A stretch of 32,000 bases of DNA. It comes from Candidatus Helarchaeota ASGARD archaeon Hel_GB_B. GTDB taxonomy: Archaea; Asgardarchaeota; Lokiarchaeia; Helarchaeales; HEL-GB-B. The notes beneath the pieces were generated by a model. The model worked only from the letters and a program-made list of their open reading frames with translations. It searched no databases and was not told where the DNA came from. Location of the stretch: contig SUPR01000021.1 in the NCBI GenBank assembly GCA_005191425.1, forward strand, positions 1 through 32,000. Reading direction: 5' to 3'. Shown one piece after another: positions 9,334 to 18,898 of the stretch (the first letter of the stretch is position 1; each line of letters begins with the position of its first letter). The position numbers and the translations under genes are program-made.

Positions 9334-9720
9334 TTTTTTTTATCTCTTTTTATTTTAAGTCTTTATTTTAAGAAAAATTGAGTTTTTACAAATTTCGCTA
9401 CTCCATTGCAAATAATAAAATTATTAAAAATTCTGTTCTTATTTTAAAAATTACCAGAAAATTTTTCATTAATCACTGTAGATCTTCTCCAAATTTATTT
9501 TCTGTAGATTTAAAGAGTTTAAAAAGAATAACCAATAAAAATTTAACCAAAATATTTTTATAAAATAAATAATTTCATTATAGTGAAATATTTTTCTATA
9601 AGATAAAATTAAAAAATAAATTAAAAATAATAAGAGTAATATAAAACTGAATCGACATAGCAAAAAAATACTATAAATAAAAATTAAAATAATAACAAAA
9701 AAATAATAATTATTATTAAA

Positions 9721-10347
9721 ATGGCTAGAAAAATGAAAAAAGATCCTAATTTAATTTTTCTTTTATTGGGTATGACATTAAATAATCTAAAATTAAATAA
9801 TGAATATAATTTTAACGAATTAAGGAAAAAGGTGGGTATTCATTGGATCACTTTAAAGAAATATGCAAATTTAGTTGTATTTATCCAAAAATATTTTCCA
9901 AAAATAGATGTTAATAATAAAAGAAATACAATAAAAATAAATGAAATAAGTGAACGAATAAATGAATTTGATCCGCTAGAAAAACAATTATTAATTTTTT
10001 ATTTATCCAAAGCTTTTGATGAAAAATCTGCATTAAACCTGGAATTTTATGATGATGAACAATTAAATTCAATTAATATTTTAAAAGAAATTGGTTTTAT
10101 TAAAGAATATAATAATAAAGCCTATTTATCTTTAGAGGGACGAAATATGGGATATATTTTAATATCAGATATATATAATGAAATGGAAAAGATTATATTA
10201 GTCAAATCTGATCAAAAATCCATTACTGAAAAAAATTATACAAATAAATTAAATAAAATTAGAGAAGATATCAATAATTTAAAAATTTTAAATATATATC
10301 AAGGGAATGTTCAAAATTTGTCTCAAAATCTTATAATAAATTCGTGA
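9721..10347 (+). CDS. Hypothetical protein, probable tandem winged-helix
   Basis: 208-aa ORF. FNELRKKVGIHWITLKKYANLV looks like an HTH; INILKEIGFIKEYNNKAYLSLEGR looks like a wing. Confidence 0.6.
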   Translation: MARKMKKDPNLIFLLLGMTLNNLKLNNEYNFNELRKKVGIHWITLKKYANLVVFIQKYFPKIDVNNKRNTIKINEISERINEFDPLEKQLLIFYLSKAFDEKSALNLEFYDDEQLNSINILKEIGFIKEYNNKAYLSLEGRNMGYILISDIYNEMEKIILVKSDQKSITEKNYTNKLNKIREDINNLKILNIYQGNVQNLSQNLIINS

Positions 10348-10397
10348 AAGAATTAATAATTTTATTTAAATATTAACATTCTGATTTTAAAAGTTAA

Positions 10398-12212
10398 TTG
10401 AAGATGATAAAAATTAGAGATCAATATAATTTTAGAAATAATAAAAGGAAAAAAAATAATATTATTATAAATATTATAAAATTTCAAATTGGAGATAATT
10501 TAGAAAATTTAAAAAAATTAGGAGTTATAGATGAATCTCAGGAGGAGATAGAACAAAAAATTATATATGATGGATTAATTTTTAAAAGAACTATTGAAAA
10601 ATATTTTAAAAATCAGGAATTAAATATTATTTTGGAATTTATAAAAAATTATCCAAAAAAATTACCAATTTTTAATTCTTTAATAATAAAAATAATACTT
10701 TATTATCGATACAGTTTTTTTGATTTGTTTTATAAAAATTTAATAGATCTAATGAACTTTACATTAGAAAAATATTATTTATCTGATCAATTTCGCTCTA
10801 ATGAACTAAATTTAAGAAAGATGCCCTTTAAATTAAGAATTTTAAGTAAGAATTTAATATACTATAGCAAAAAATTGTACAATATTTATCTAAATTTATA
10901 CAAACAATTTGACTTATGGTATGAAAATCTCTCACATTTAGATGAATTTCTTAGAATAGAAGAATTAAACACTTCAAAAATGATTTTAAAATATATCAAT
11001 AAAATAAGATTTAATTATATTTCATATATGATTGAAATTTATCATGGATTTTTAAATAAAAATATTGTTTCAAAAGAAAAAATAGAAATTATTAATAAAA
11101 GAATTAAAAATACCATAGAATATAATTTATTGAAAAAATATCGAGTTATATATACTAATTTTAAAGAAATAGAAGGAAAATTTGTGGAAATAAAAACATT
11201 AAATCCAGAGATTTACAATAATTTAAATATTATAAATAGAGAATTAAATAAAACTTCTAAAGGTATTAACACATTAATAAAAGAATTAAAGCAAAATGAT
11301 CAAATATATTCCATTCTTGAAAATCTGAAGTTTATAGAAGACTTTGATAGTCCACTATCTTTTTATGAAAATCATTTTAAAAATAAATTGTTAACAAATA
11401 AGCCATCGATAAGATTATTAGATATTTTTGATATAAATTTATTAACTGATTTAAACAAACTTTTTGATATTATGAAATATAACTTAATAGTTTCTAAAAA
11501 AATAAGTACTTTTAATTTTAATTTTAAGAAAAAATTAATTAAAATAATTGAAAATTCAAAAATCAAAAATTTTTACACAAAACTAACTTTATTTTGTTTA
11601 TATTTTTCAATATTTAATAAAGAAAAAGTTAGCTCGTTATTTATTGAAATTATTAATGAATTAATAATATCTGAAAAAAATATAGAAGAAATCATTAGTT
11701 CCCAAGATCTTTTTTTTAGATTATTTGATCAACAAAAATTATTTTTATTTAATAATGATTATAGACTAAATTTAAATATTATTCGATTAGAAAAAGAATT
11801 ATTTAATGGTTTTATTAATGAAATTTTTTATCATATTGATAAAAGTCAAAAAAATTTAAATTTTCTTTACTCTATTTTTATTGAAACTTGTAGAAAATTA
11901 TTTTTAGATAAAAAATTAATAATTTGTGCTAAAATAATAGGTTTTGCGTATAATTTAGGTATATTTAAAAATATTAAAAATAGTGAGGCATCATTCGTTT
12001 CTATTTTTAATAAGAAATTTTATGATGTTATAAAAATATTATCTGTTGATAAATCGGATTTTAAATTGGCATTAGAAAATTTAAAATGCTTAAAAGTTAT
12101 TTCTAAATATACAAAAGATAATTCTTATTATGAAAATGCTTTACAAATAATCAAAGAAATTTGGGCAGAATATTTTATTGATGATAAATTAAATATATTA
12201 TCAAAATCATAA
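10398..12212 (+). CDS. Large, predominantly alpha-helical hypothetical protein (start uncertain)
   Basis: 604 open codons in very AT-rich DNA cannot be chance; no recognisable catalytic motif; first ~30 codons are low complexity. Confidence 0.7.
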   Translation: MKMIKIRDQYNFRNNKRKKNNIIINIIKFQIGDNLENLKKLGVIDESQEEIEQKIIYDGLIFKRTIEKYFKNQELNIILEFIKNYPKKLPIFNSLIIKIILYYRYSFFDLFYKNLIDLMNFTLEKYYLSDQFRSNELNLRKMPFKLRILSKNLIYYSKKLYNIYLNLYKQFDLWYENLSHLDEFLRIEELNTSKMILKYINKIRFNYISYMIEIYHGFLNKNIVSKEKIEIINKRIKNTIEYNLLKKYRVIYTNFKEIEGKFVEIKTLNPEIYNNLNIINRELNKTSKGINTLIKELKQNDQIYSILENLKFIEDFDSPLSFYENHFKNKLLTNKPSIRLLDIFDINLLTDLNKLFDIMKYNLIVSKKISTFNFNFKKKLIKIIENSKIKNFYTKLTLFCLYFSIFNKEKVSSLFIEIINELIISEKNIEEIISSQDLFFRLFDQQKLFLFNNDYRLNLNIIRLEKELFNGFINEIFYHIDKSQKNLNFLYSIFIETCRKLFLDKKLIICAKIIGFAYNLGIFKNIKNSEASFVSIFNKKFYDVIKILSVDKSDFKLALENLKCLKVISKYTKDNSYYENALQIIKEIWAEYFIDDKLNILSKS

Positions 12213-12237
12213 ATCTGAAATTAAAGGGTAAATTTTT

Positions 12238-13164
12238 ATGGATAATACTAAATTTATTAGCTTAAGTTCTATTCGTGGTGGTTCTGGAAAAACTACAATT
12301 GCTTTAGGTCTATCGATTAATTTGACAAAATCAGGAAAAAAAGTATTACTTATAGATTTTGATTTGGCAGGACCGTTTCTAGATATAATTTTTAATTATA
12401 AACCAATATATACTTTAACTCATTATATTACAAGAAAAAATTTAGACATAGATTCGAAAATCTTGACTAAAAAGGAATTTAACTTGACATTAAAGCATAT
12501 TATTAAAAATTTTAAAATAAACAACATTAATCTCGATGTAATATTCGCTGATAGAGAATTATATAATATGAAAACATGTTTAAAAATTTTGGAAACAAAT
12601 GAAGGTCTTGAGTTCGTTTCCAACATTTTCAATGATTTAAAAGAAAATTATAATTATGATTATATTATAATTGATAATGGCCCAGGTATATTAGATACAA
12701 ATTTAATTTCAAATTTTATATCAAACTTCGTTTTTTTTATATTAAGAAAAAGAAATTCTGAAATAAAAGATCTTGGATATTGGATAAATATTTTTAAAAA
12801 TGCATTTTCCCAAAGCGATCAATTAATAGAGTGGGGGATTATATTTAATCAAAAAGTAAATAATAAAGTATTAATAAAAAATGACGAAATAAAAGATAAA
12901 ATTATTTTAGAAATTCCATTTTATCAAGATTTTGGAAAAATTACGGATAATGAATTTAAATATCTGATGAATAACGAGGAACACCCGTTCTTCAAGGACT
13001 TAAATTTAATTTTAGATTTCATGAAAAAAGAAACTGAAATAATAGACAAAAATTTATTTTGTGTTAATTGTGGAAGTAAATTAAGATTTTTTAATAAGAA
13101 TAGAAAAGATTATCAATATTTTTGCAAAAAATGTAATGCATGGGTAAAATCAAAAGGGAGTTAA
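12238..13164 (+). CDS. MinD/ParA-family ATPase with C-terminal Zn ribbon
   Basis: Deviant Walker A SIRGGSGKTT, KVLLIDFDLAGP (A'), YDYIIIDNGPG (B); C-terminal CVNC-x17-CKKC. Confidence 0.9.
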   Translation: MDNTKFISLSSIRGGSGKTTIALGLSINLTKSGKKVLLIDFDLAGPFLDIIFNYKPIYTLTHYITRKNLDIDSKILTKKEFNLTLKHIIKNFKINNINLDVIFADRELYNMKTCLKILETNEGLEFVSNIFNDLKENYNYDYIIIDNGPGILDTNLISNFISNFVFFILRKRNSEIKDLGYWINIFKNAFSQSDQLIEWGIIFNQKVNNKVLIKNDEIKDKIILEIPFYQDFGKITDNEFKYLMNNEEHPFFKDLNLILDFMKKETEIIDKNLFCVNCGSKLRFFNKNRKDYQYFCKKCNAWVKSKGS

Positions 13165-13213
13165 AGATTTTAGAAAATAATATATCGATCATATAATCTG
13201 GATGTTTTCATAA

Positions 13214-13894
13214 ATGGTTGAACTGACTATTATTGATAAAATTAAAGATGATATAAAACTAATGTATTATTTATATAAAATAGATAAAAATGATCATTAT
13301 AATATGCCTAATTTTATTAATACAGGAAATTTAAAAAATAAACTAATTAAAATGGGTATAATTGAATTTGTATCAAAAAAAAAGCATTTACATGAAAAAA
13401 CAATTCAAACAACAAAAAAAGGATCTTTAACCATTAGATTTTTAAAGGAAAATAAATATTTTGAGCCATTTGATTTAATTAGTTCAATAGATAATATCGA
13501 AACTTTTGAAAAAAAATATTATACTATTTTAGAAAAAAATAAATTAAAAAATGAATTATTAAGAATTCAGGATAATTTTTATTTTCTAAAACATTTAATA
13601 AATAAAAGACATAACAACGATAATTTAACTTTTAATATAGAAATTTATATTGCTGGTCATGAAATTTCTAAAAAAATTACATTAAAAATTTTACACATTA
13701 ACGAATTAGATAATGAAATTTCTATGAAAATTCAGTTTTTTTGTCCGCGTTGCGAGAATACCGTTTTTGTAGAAGATTTAAATTTGAATGAATATAATTG
13801 TTATGATCAAAAAAAAATTAAATGTGATAAATGTAATGCTAATATTATTTTTACAAAAAATCTTGAAAGGTGGTACCTTTTAGATGGAGATTGA
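13214..13894 (+). CDS. Hypothetical protein: wHTH-like N-terminus, C-terminal Zn ribbon
   Basis: LIKMGIIEF...QTTKKG wing-like segment; CPRC-x23-CDKC. Confidence 0.6.
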   Translation: MVELTIIDKIKDDIKLMYYLYKIDKNDHYNMPNFINTGNLKNKLIKMGIIEFVSKKKHLHEKTIQTTKKGSLTIRFLKENKYFEPFDLISSIDNIETFEKKYYTILEKNKLKNELLRIQDNFYFLKHLINKRHNNDNLTFNIEIYIAGHEISKKITLKILHINELDNEISMKIQFFCPRCENTVFVEDLNLNEYNCYDQKKIKCDKCNANIIFTKNLERWYLLDGD

Positions 13895-14281
13895 AATCCA
13901 TTTTTATAATTTTGATCCATTTTAATAAAATTTAATAATACTACGAGTTATTTTAGAAAATATTTTTTAATATAAATATAATATTATTTATAATATTTCG
14001 GACATTCTATTTTAAATTTTTATAAATAGAGAGATTAAAGCAAAAAAGTAATCTTTAAGGAATTATAATTTTTCACAGATTCCACATAAAACCTAGCACC
14101 TTAATTCTTTATCTATAAGTAAAAAAATCCATTGAATTAATTTCAAGTTTTTATTAACAGCAATTTTTCCACTATGAAATATTGTAGAATAATATTAGAC
14201 ATGTTATTATATTAAAAAACAGATCAGAGCATATCTAATTTTTTAGACTAAAACTATTAATTTTTTTATGATATACAATTT

Positions 14282-14290
14282 AAAAAAAAA
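14282..14290 (-). terminator. Oligo(dT) terminator of the MFS gene
   Basis: A9 on plus = T9 on minus, about 20 nt after the MFS stop. Confidence 0.45.
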
Positions 14291-14309
14291 CTCGAAAATT
14301 TAAAAATTT

Positions 14310-15581
14310 TCATTTAACAGATTTAATTTCATCTTTTTCGGTTTTTAGCACAAATTTAAAGATTAAACCTGAAACTAAAAGTGAACTACCTAAAATAGGG
14401 CATATAATATAAAAAGCATTTTCCATTCCGAAGAAAGATATTATAAAAAACATAATCATGGTACCAGTAGCGCCAGATAAATTCATAAAAATAGAGTTAA
14501 CGCCCATATAAGAAGCTTCTTGCTTTTTCTTTATCAGGTCCATTACAATTGACATTGGAAATACGAATATAGCAGCAAGTCCAACAGCAATTAATACAAT
14601 GAATATTAGTCCTTGTATAAGCATATAACCAAAAGACTTAGTAAAGTAAAATAAAGATCCAAATGGGAAAACTATTCCCATATAAATGAGAGCAAAGACC
14701 ATTGTCCGTTTTTTACCCCATTTATCTCCTTTAACTAAATAAACCACAAAAAATATACCTATAATTCCGAGTAATAACCCTGCAAATGGCCCAAATTCTT
14801 CTTCAGTTGGTAGACCTAAAATGACTGCAGCAATTGGACCTAAAGCTGCCAGGACTAAATTAAAAGCCATATTCCAGAGAAATTGACAGATTTCAAAAAT
14901 GATAAATTTTTTATTTTTAATTATTTCGATGAATGGAATTTTCTCTTCAGCAGGTTCAAATTGAGATTTAGGTTCTTTTATCATTAAAATTGTTATAAAA
15001 TTTGAGATAATTAATATTATAGCATAGATTAAAGATACTATTAACCAAGATTTTACCAATAAAATTATAATAGGAGGTAATATTAACCCCAGTGCTGTAC
15101 CAATTCCACCAAATAGTCCATAAGTTCCAGACATTTTAACTCTATTTTCAGGAAGTGTGATATCAGCCATTAATCCAAGATAGGGAGTATTAAGGGCATT
15201 AATGCAAACTGAATAAATAATATAAATTAGCATCAAATATATAATTGCATTATCATAATTGGTTGAGTATGGAAATGTAAGTAATATGAAAAAAATACCA
15301 GTTAGTGGCGAAGAGATAGCCATCCAAATTCGCCTTTTTCCCCATTTAGTCCTGGTTTTATCACTTAAATATCCAAAAAGAGGGCCAGCAAATATGCCAA
15401 TTATTAAGCCAACAGAGATTAACAAAAACCTTATTGCATCTTCATTAAGTGTAAAGTTTAATCCGCCCTCTGAAATATCACCGGTAAGAAAATGAAACAT
15501 ATAAGTAGCAGGAAATGAAAATAAAAGAAAAATACCAAAATTCGAGATGGCATAAAAAATTTTATTCTGTTTCTCTTCCAA
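14310..15581 (-). CDS. MFS transporter (GPH/MelB-like)
   Basis: About 12 hydrophobic segments; GYLSDKTRTKWGKRR and GDKWGKKR loop motifs; NTPYLGLMADIT...RVKMSG; GGTG SD before TTG. Confidence 0.9.
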   Translation of the reverse strand: MEEKQNKIFYAISNFGIFLLFSFPATYMFHFLTGDISEGGLNFTLNEDAIRFLLISVGLIIGIFAGPLFGYLSDKTRTKWGKRRIWMAISSPLTGIFFILLTFPYSTNYDNAIIYLMLIYIIYSVCINALNTPYLGLMADITLPENRVKMSGTYGLFGGIGTALGLILPPIIILLVKSWLIVSLIYAIILIISNFITILMIKEPKSQFEPAEEKIPFIEIIKNKKFIIFEICQFLWNMAFNLVLAALGPIAAVILGLPTEEEFGPFAGLLLGIIGIFFVVYLVKGDKWGKKRTMVFALIYMGIVFPFGSLFYFTKSFGYMLIQGLIFIVLIAVGLAAIFVFPMSIVMDLIKKKQEASYMGVNSIFMNLSGATGTMIMFFIISFFGMENAFYIICPILGSSLLVSGLIFKFVLKTEKDEIKSVK

Positions 15582-16124
15582 TTATGAACACCAAATATAG
15601 ATTTTTTATACAAAATAAAATATTGATTGTTTCTTAAATGTGATTTTGAATTTGTATGTTAATTCAAAAATAGGAAATTAATTTTTAAGTATATCTAATA
15701 AAAAATATTTTATTATTATTAAAATTTTCAAGAAACAACTTAAACTTATTTTAAGTATTTTTTACTGAAAAAATAATTTAAATCAAATAGAAATAGAGTC
15801 GATGCAAGCTATTTATAAAAAAATTTATAAAAGACAAAAATTTACTTAAATTATAAAAGCGAATGAATAAAAAATATCGATATAAAATTTTGGAATTTCT
15901 GCATCGGTTATAGGAATTTAAGATTTAAATTTAAAAACAAATTAACACTATTAAACAGCACGGACAATTTCTGAATTTTGCTATATATATGTCTGCGTGT
16001 ACTTAATCTTCCAGTGTTAAGATTATAACTGTAGAATCTATAGAATATCAATTTGGTTTAAATAATAGTTTAAAATTTTATTCCCCACACTTCTTGGAGG
16101 TGCTAAGAATAAAAGGTGAGACAT

Positions 16125-17336
16125 ATGAATGCCCAAAATATTACCAATGGAGACACAACAATTTTCAAGAAGAAAAATTATTATCCAAAGTTTAAAATTT
16201 TTAAAGAGACATTCCTTTCTTTAATTTTTGATTTAGGTGGATTAATTGCTGGAGCCATTATGGGATATTATGTTAGCCTCATTTCGGTGAAAACATGGGC
16301 TATAGCGATTTATCCAATTGTTTTAACTGGGAGGGGGGCATTAAACGGTATTTTAGGCGGAAAACTTAGTACAGGACTTCATCTCGGATTGATTAATACA
16401 AATATTAAAAAAAACACGAAGTATTTTTATTCTTTATTAGCCTCATTATGTTTAATTTCTTTAATTACTAGTTTTATCGTAGGAATAATAGCTTTTATCA
16501 TTACAGGTGCATTAATTGAAGATTTGTACACAATAGTCATTTCATGTATCGCAATTCAAGCTCTTACAATTTTAATAACGATACCGATCACATCAGTACT
16601 TGGTTTTATTACCTTCAAACGGGGCATTGACCCAGATATTGTTGTCTTCCCAATTTCATCTACAGTGGCAGATATTTGGGCAACAATTTCTTATTTAATT
16701 ACGTTATCAATGGTTTTTTGGTTCGGTTCACTTGGTATGTCCATAATTTATTTTATAAGTTTATTTTTCATAATTTTTGTAATTGTCCTAGCATTTTTAT
16801 TTAGAAGAGAACGGGAGTATTGGTACACTTTAAAAGAAGCACTATTCACGATACTCATAATAACATTAATTTCTGCAATATCGGGATTCTCTCTTTCAAA
16901 AATGAGAGATTATATCAAAAAAAGTCCAGGAATAATTGTGGTTTATCCAGCTCTAATTGATACACTGGGTGATGCAGCTGCAATTTTTGGATCGATTTCT
17001 ACTACAAAATTATTTATAGGTTTTATTAAGTCAAAAATTGGTCAGATACGAAGACAAACAGGCATTCTATCACAGATTTTAATTGCTACCTTTCTATTTT
17101 ATATAATATATGGTTTTATCGCATTTATTTACGAAAAAACTCTTATCTCCTTCTTTATGCCTATTTTTTCATTTTTATTATGTTTTCCGATAGTAATTAT
17201 CATAACATTCATAATGGCTATTCTAACATTTACTAAAGGGATGAATCCAGATAATTTTGTAATACCTATTGAAACAGCTTTGACTGATGCTATTTTTACT
17301 GTTGTTATAGCCACCCTTATAATTCTACTTTATTAA
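16125..17336 (+). CDS. MgtE/SLC41-type divalent-cation transporter with two MgtE membrane domains
   Basis: Repeat 1: YPIVLTGRGALNG...RLST-like KLSTGLHLG...GIDPDIVVFPISSTVAD. Repeat 2: YPALIDTLGD...GMNPDNFVIPIETALTD. AGGTGA SD 5 nt before ATG 16125. Confidence 0.88.
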   Translation: MNAQNITNGDTTIFKKKNYYPKFKIFKETFLSLIFDLGGLIAGAIMGYYVSLISVKTWAIAIYPIVLTGRGALNGILGGKLSTGLHLGLINTNIKKNTKYFYSLLASLCLISLITSFIVGIIAFIITGALIEDLYTIVISCIAIQALTILITIPITSVLGFITFKRGIDPDIVVFPISSTVADIWATISYLITLSMVFWFGSLGMSIIYFISLFFIIFVIVLAFLFRREREYWYTLKEALFTILIITLISAISGFSLSKMRDYIKKSPGIIVVYPALIDTLGDAAAIFGSISTTKLFIGFIKSKIGQIRRQTGILSQILIATFLFYIIYGFIAFIYEKTLISFFMPIFSFLLCFPIVIIITFIMAILTFTKGMNPDNFVIPIETALTDAIFTVVIATLIILLY

Positions 17337-17689
17337 TTTCAAAAATAAAATCAAATAAAAAGTATTGTAATAGTAGGACTATCAGTTATCATTTTACTCG
17401 GATGCCCTTGATTCTTTTATTTATGTTAATTAAATATTATGAAGAGTTTGAATCGGAAATTTTATATCTAAAAAACCTTTACAATCAATATTTGTGAATT
17501 TTAGATAAAAAAAAGTAAATTAAGTAATTTAAAAATATGAATAAATTAATTATAAAACATATTTTATCGTTAGAATAGAGAAAAAAGATAAAGTTTTAAC
17601 AAGTTCTTCTATTCTATTTTAAAATTAAAATTGTTTAGAGTTAGAATAAAAAAAATTAATGATTTATTTAAAATAAATTGTTAATTGGT

Positions 17690-18805
17690 CTAATAAGAAT
17701 CTTCTAACATTTTTTCATATTTATCTTTTAACTTGAAGTAAATATATGCGGGAATAAAGCCGTTCCAAAATTGAAATTCGATGTTTCTTAATTTAGTTTT
17801 TATAGAATTGATGGTAATAGATGATTTTTTAAATATTGATTTGTTTGACTTAGTATTATTGGAGACAGGATCTTGGGTTATGATTTTTAGAAAAACTTCT
17901 TTACCATAATCACAATGAATACTTGATATCATTTGGTTAATTACATGTTTTGGTAATTTATCTTCTAAAATGGCATAGATTTTAGACAAAATTAATAATT
18001 GATTTTGATTTAAGATATTAGACCATCCTGGATCGTCTTTTCGAATAATACATAGAGATTTTTTAACATGATAATTTTTGAGTTTTTCTTTACAAGTTTT
18101 ATTTTTATCACATTTTTCGCATATATAATGGTCATAAGAAACTTTTCCTGTAAAAATATTTATATTAAAAAGACCTTTTGCCGTTAAAATTTCAATTCTC
18201 TTATTATTTTTTATATTAAAACCGAGTTCCGTTAAAACTTCTTTAAACTTTTCATTTTGTTTCTTAATTTCTAAGTTCATTTCTCTTCGTTTTTCTAAAG
18301 TATAGCCAAAATAATCTAATGATAAATTACCAATTTGTTGGAAGAGATTATCTAAATTTAAATCATCTCTATTGATTTCATAATATATAGAATGATATAA
18401 ATTGCAGATTTCATCTATTCGGTCATTCATAGCAGCGGAGATTTCTGCATCATCTAAAGTGTATCCAATTAAAAAGGTAGGAACTGGCCCCAATATATTT
18501 CTAGCTTCAATAATCCAATTGGGAAGATTATTTATGTCGTCCATTTTATTCATTTCAAAAAATAATAATATAGCACAAGAGCCGTGGTAAAATGAAGTTC
18601 TAAAAAATCTGAACCGTTCATTTGCCGAAATGTCCCAAATAGAAAATGTTAATTCGTCATATTCTAACATTTCTTCTTTAATATAGATGTTGCACCCAAT
18701 AACATTAGAATAATCCCGGTTAAAGCAACTGTGAAGATACTTTTTTAAAATAATACTTTTATTTTTACTGCCCAACACAATTACTTTAAATTTAAAAGAA
18801 CCCAA
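17690..18805 (-). CDS. Rab-like pseudo-GTPase fused to a Cys-containing C-terminal domain
   Basis: FKVIVLG...FSIWDISANERFRFFRTSFYHGSCAILLFF is clearly Rab-like, but G1-G5 are degenerate; followed by about 200 extra aa with CEKC-x4-C...C. Confidence 0.8.
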   Translation of the reverse strand: MGSFKFKVIVLGSKNKSIILKKYLHSCFNRDYSNVIGCNIYIKEEMLEYDELTFSIWDISANERFRFFRTSFYHGSCAILLFFEMNKMDDINNLPNWIIEARNILGPVPTFLIGYTLDDAEISAAMNDRIDEICNLYHSIYYEINRDDLNLDNLFQQIGNLSLDYFGYTLEKRREMNLEIKKQNEKFKEVLTELGFNIKNNKRIEILTAKGLFNINIFTGKVSYDHYICEKCDKNKTCKEKLKNYHVKKSLCIIRKDDPGWSNILNQNQLLILSKIYAILEDKLPKHVINQMISSIHCDYGKEVFLKIITQDPVSNNTKSNKSIFKKSSITINSIKTKLRNIEFQFWNGFIPAYIYFKLKDKYEKMLEDSY

Positions 18806-18898
18806 TTTGAAATATCTACCATTAATTTTTATTTTTTTTCTACTCTAATATATATAAAATTTAGAAAAATAAAAAAATTTGGTTTCAAATAGCAATTT

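Noticed and set aside
9378-9663. Two small intergenic ORFs (9378-9563 plus, 9469-9663 minus)
   Set aside because: Mutually overlapping, low-complexity K/I/F/L/N composition expected from AT-rich non-coding DNA, no SD.
16100-16195. 31-codon GTG ORF overlapping the start of the MgtE-like gene as a leader peptide
   Set aside because: The GTG lies inside the GGAGGTG motif with no own SD, and the peptide has no informative composition; not supportable.
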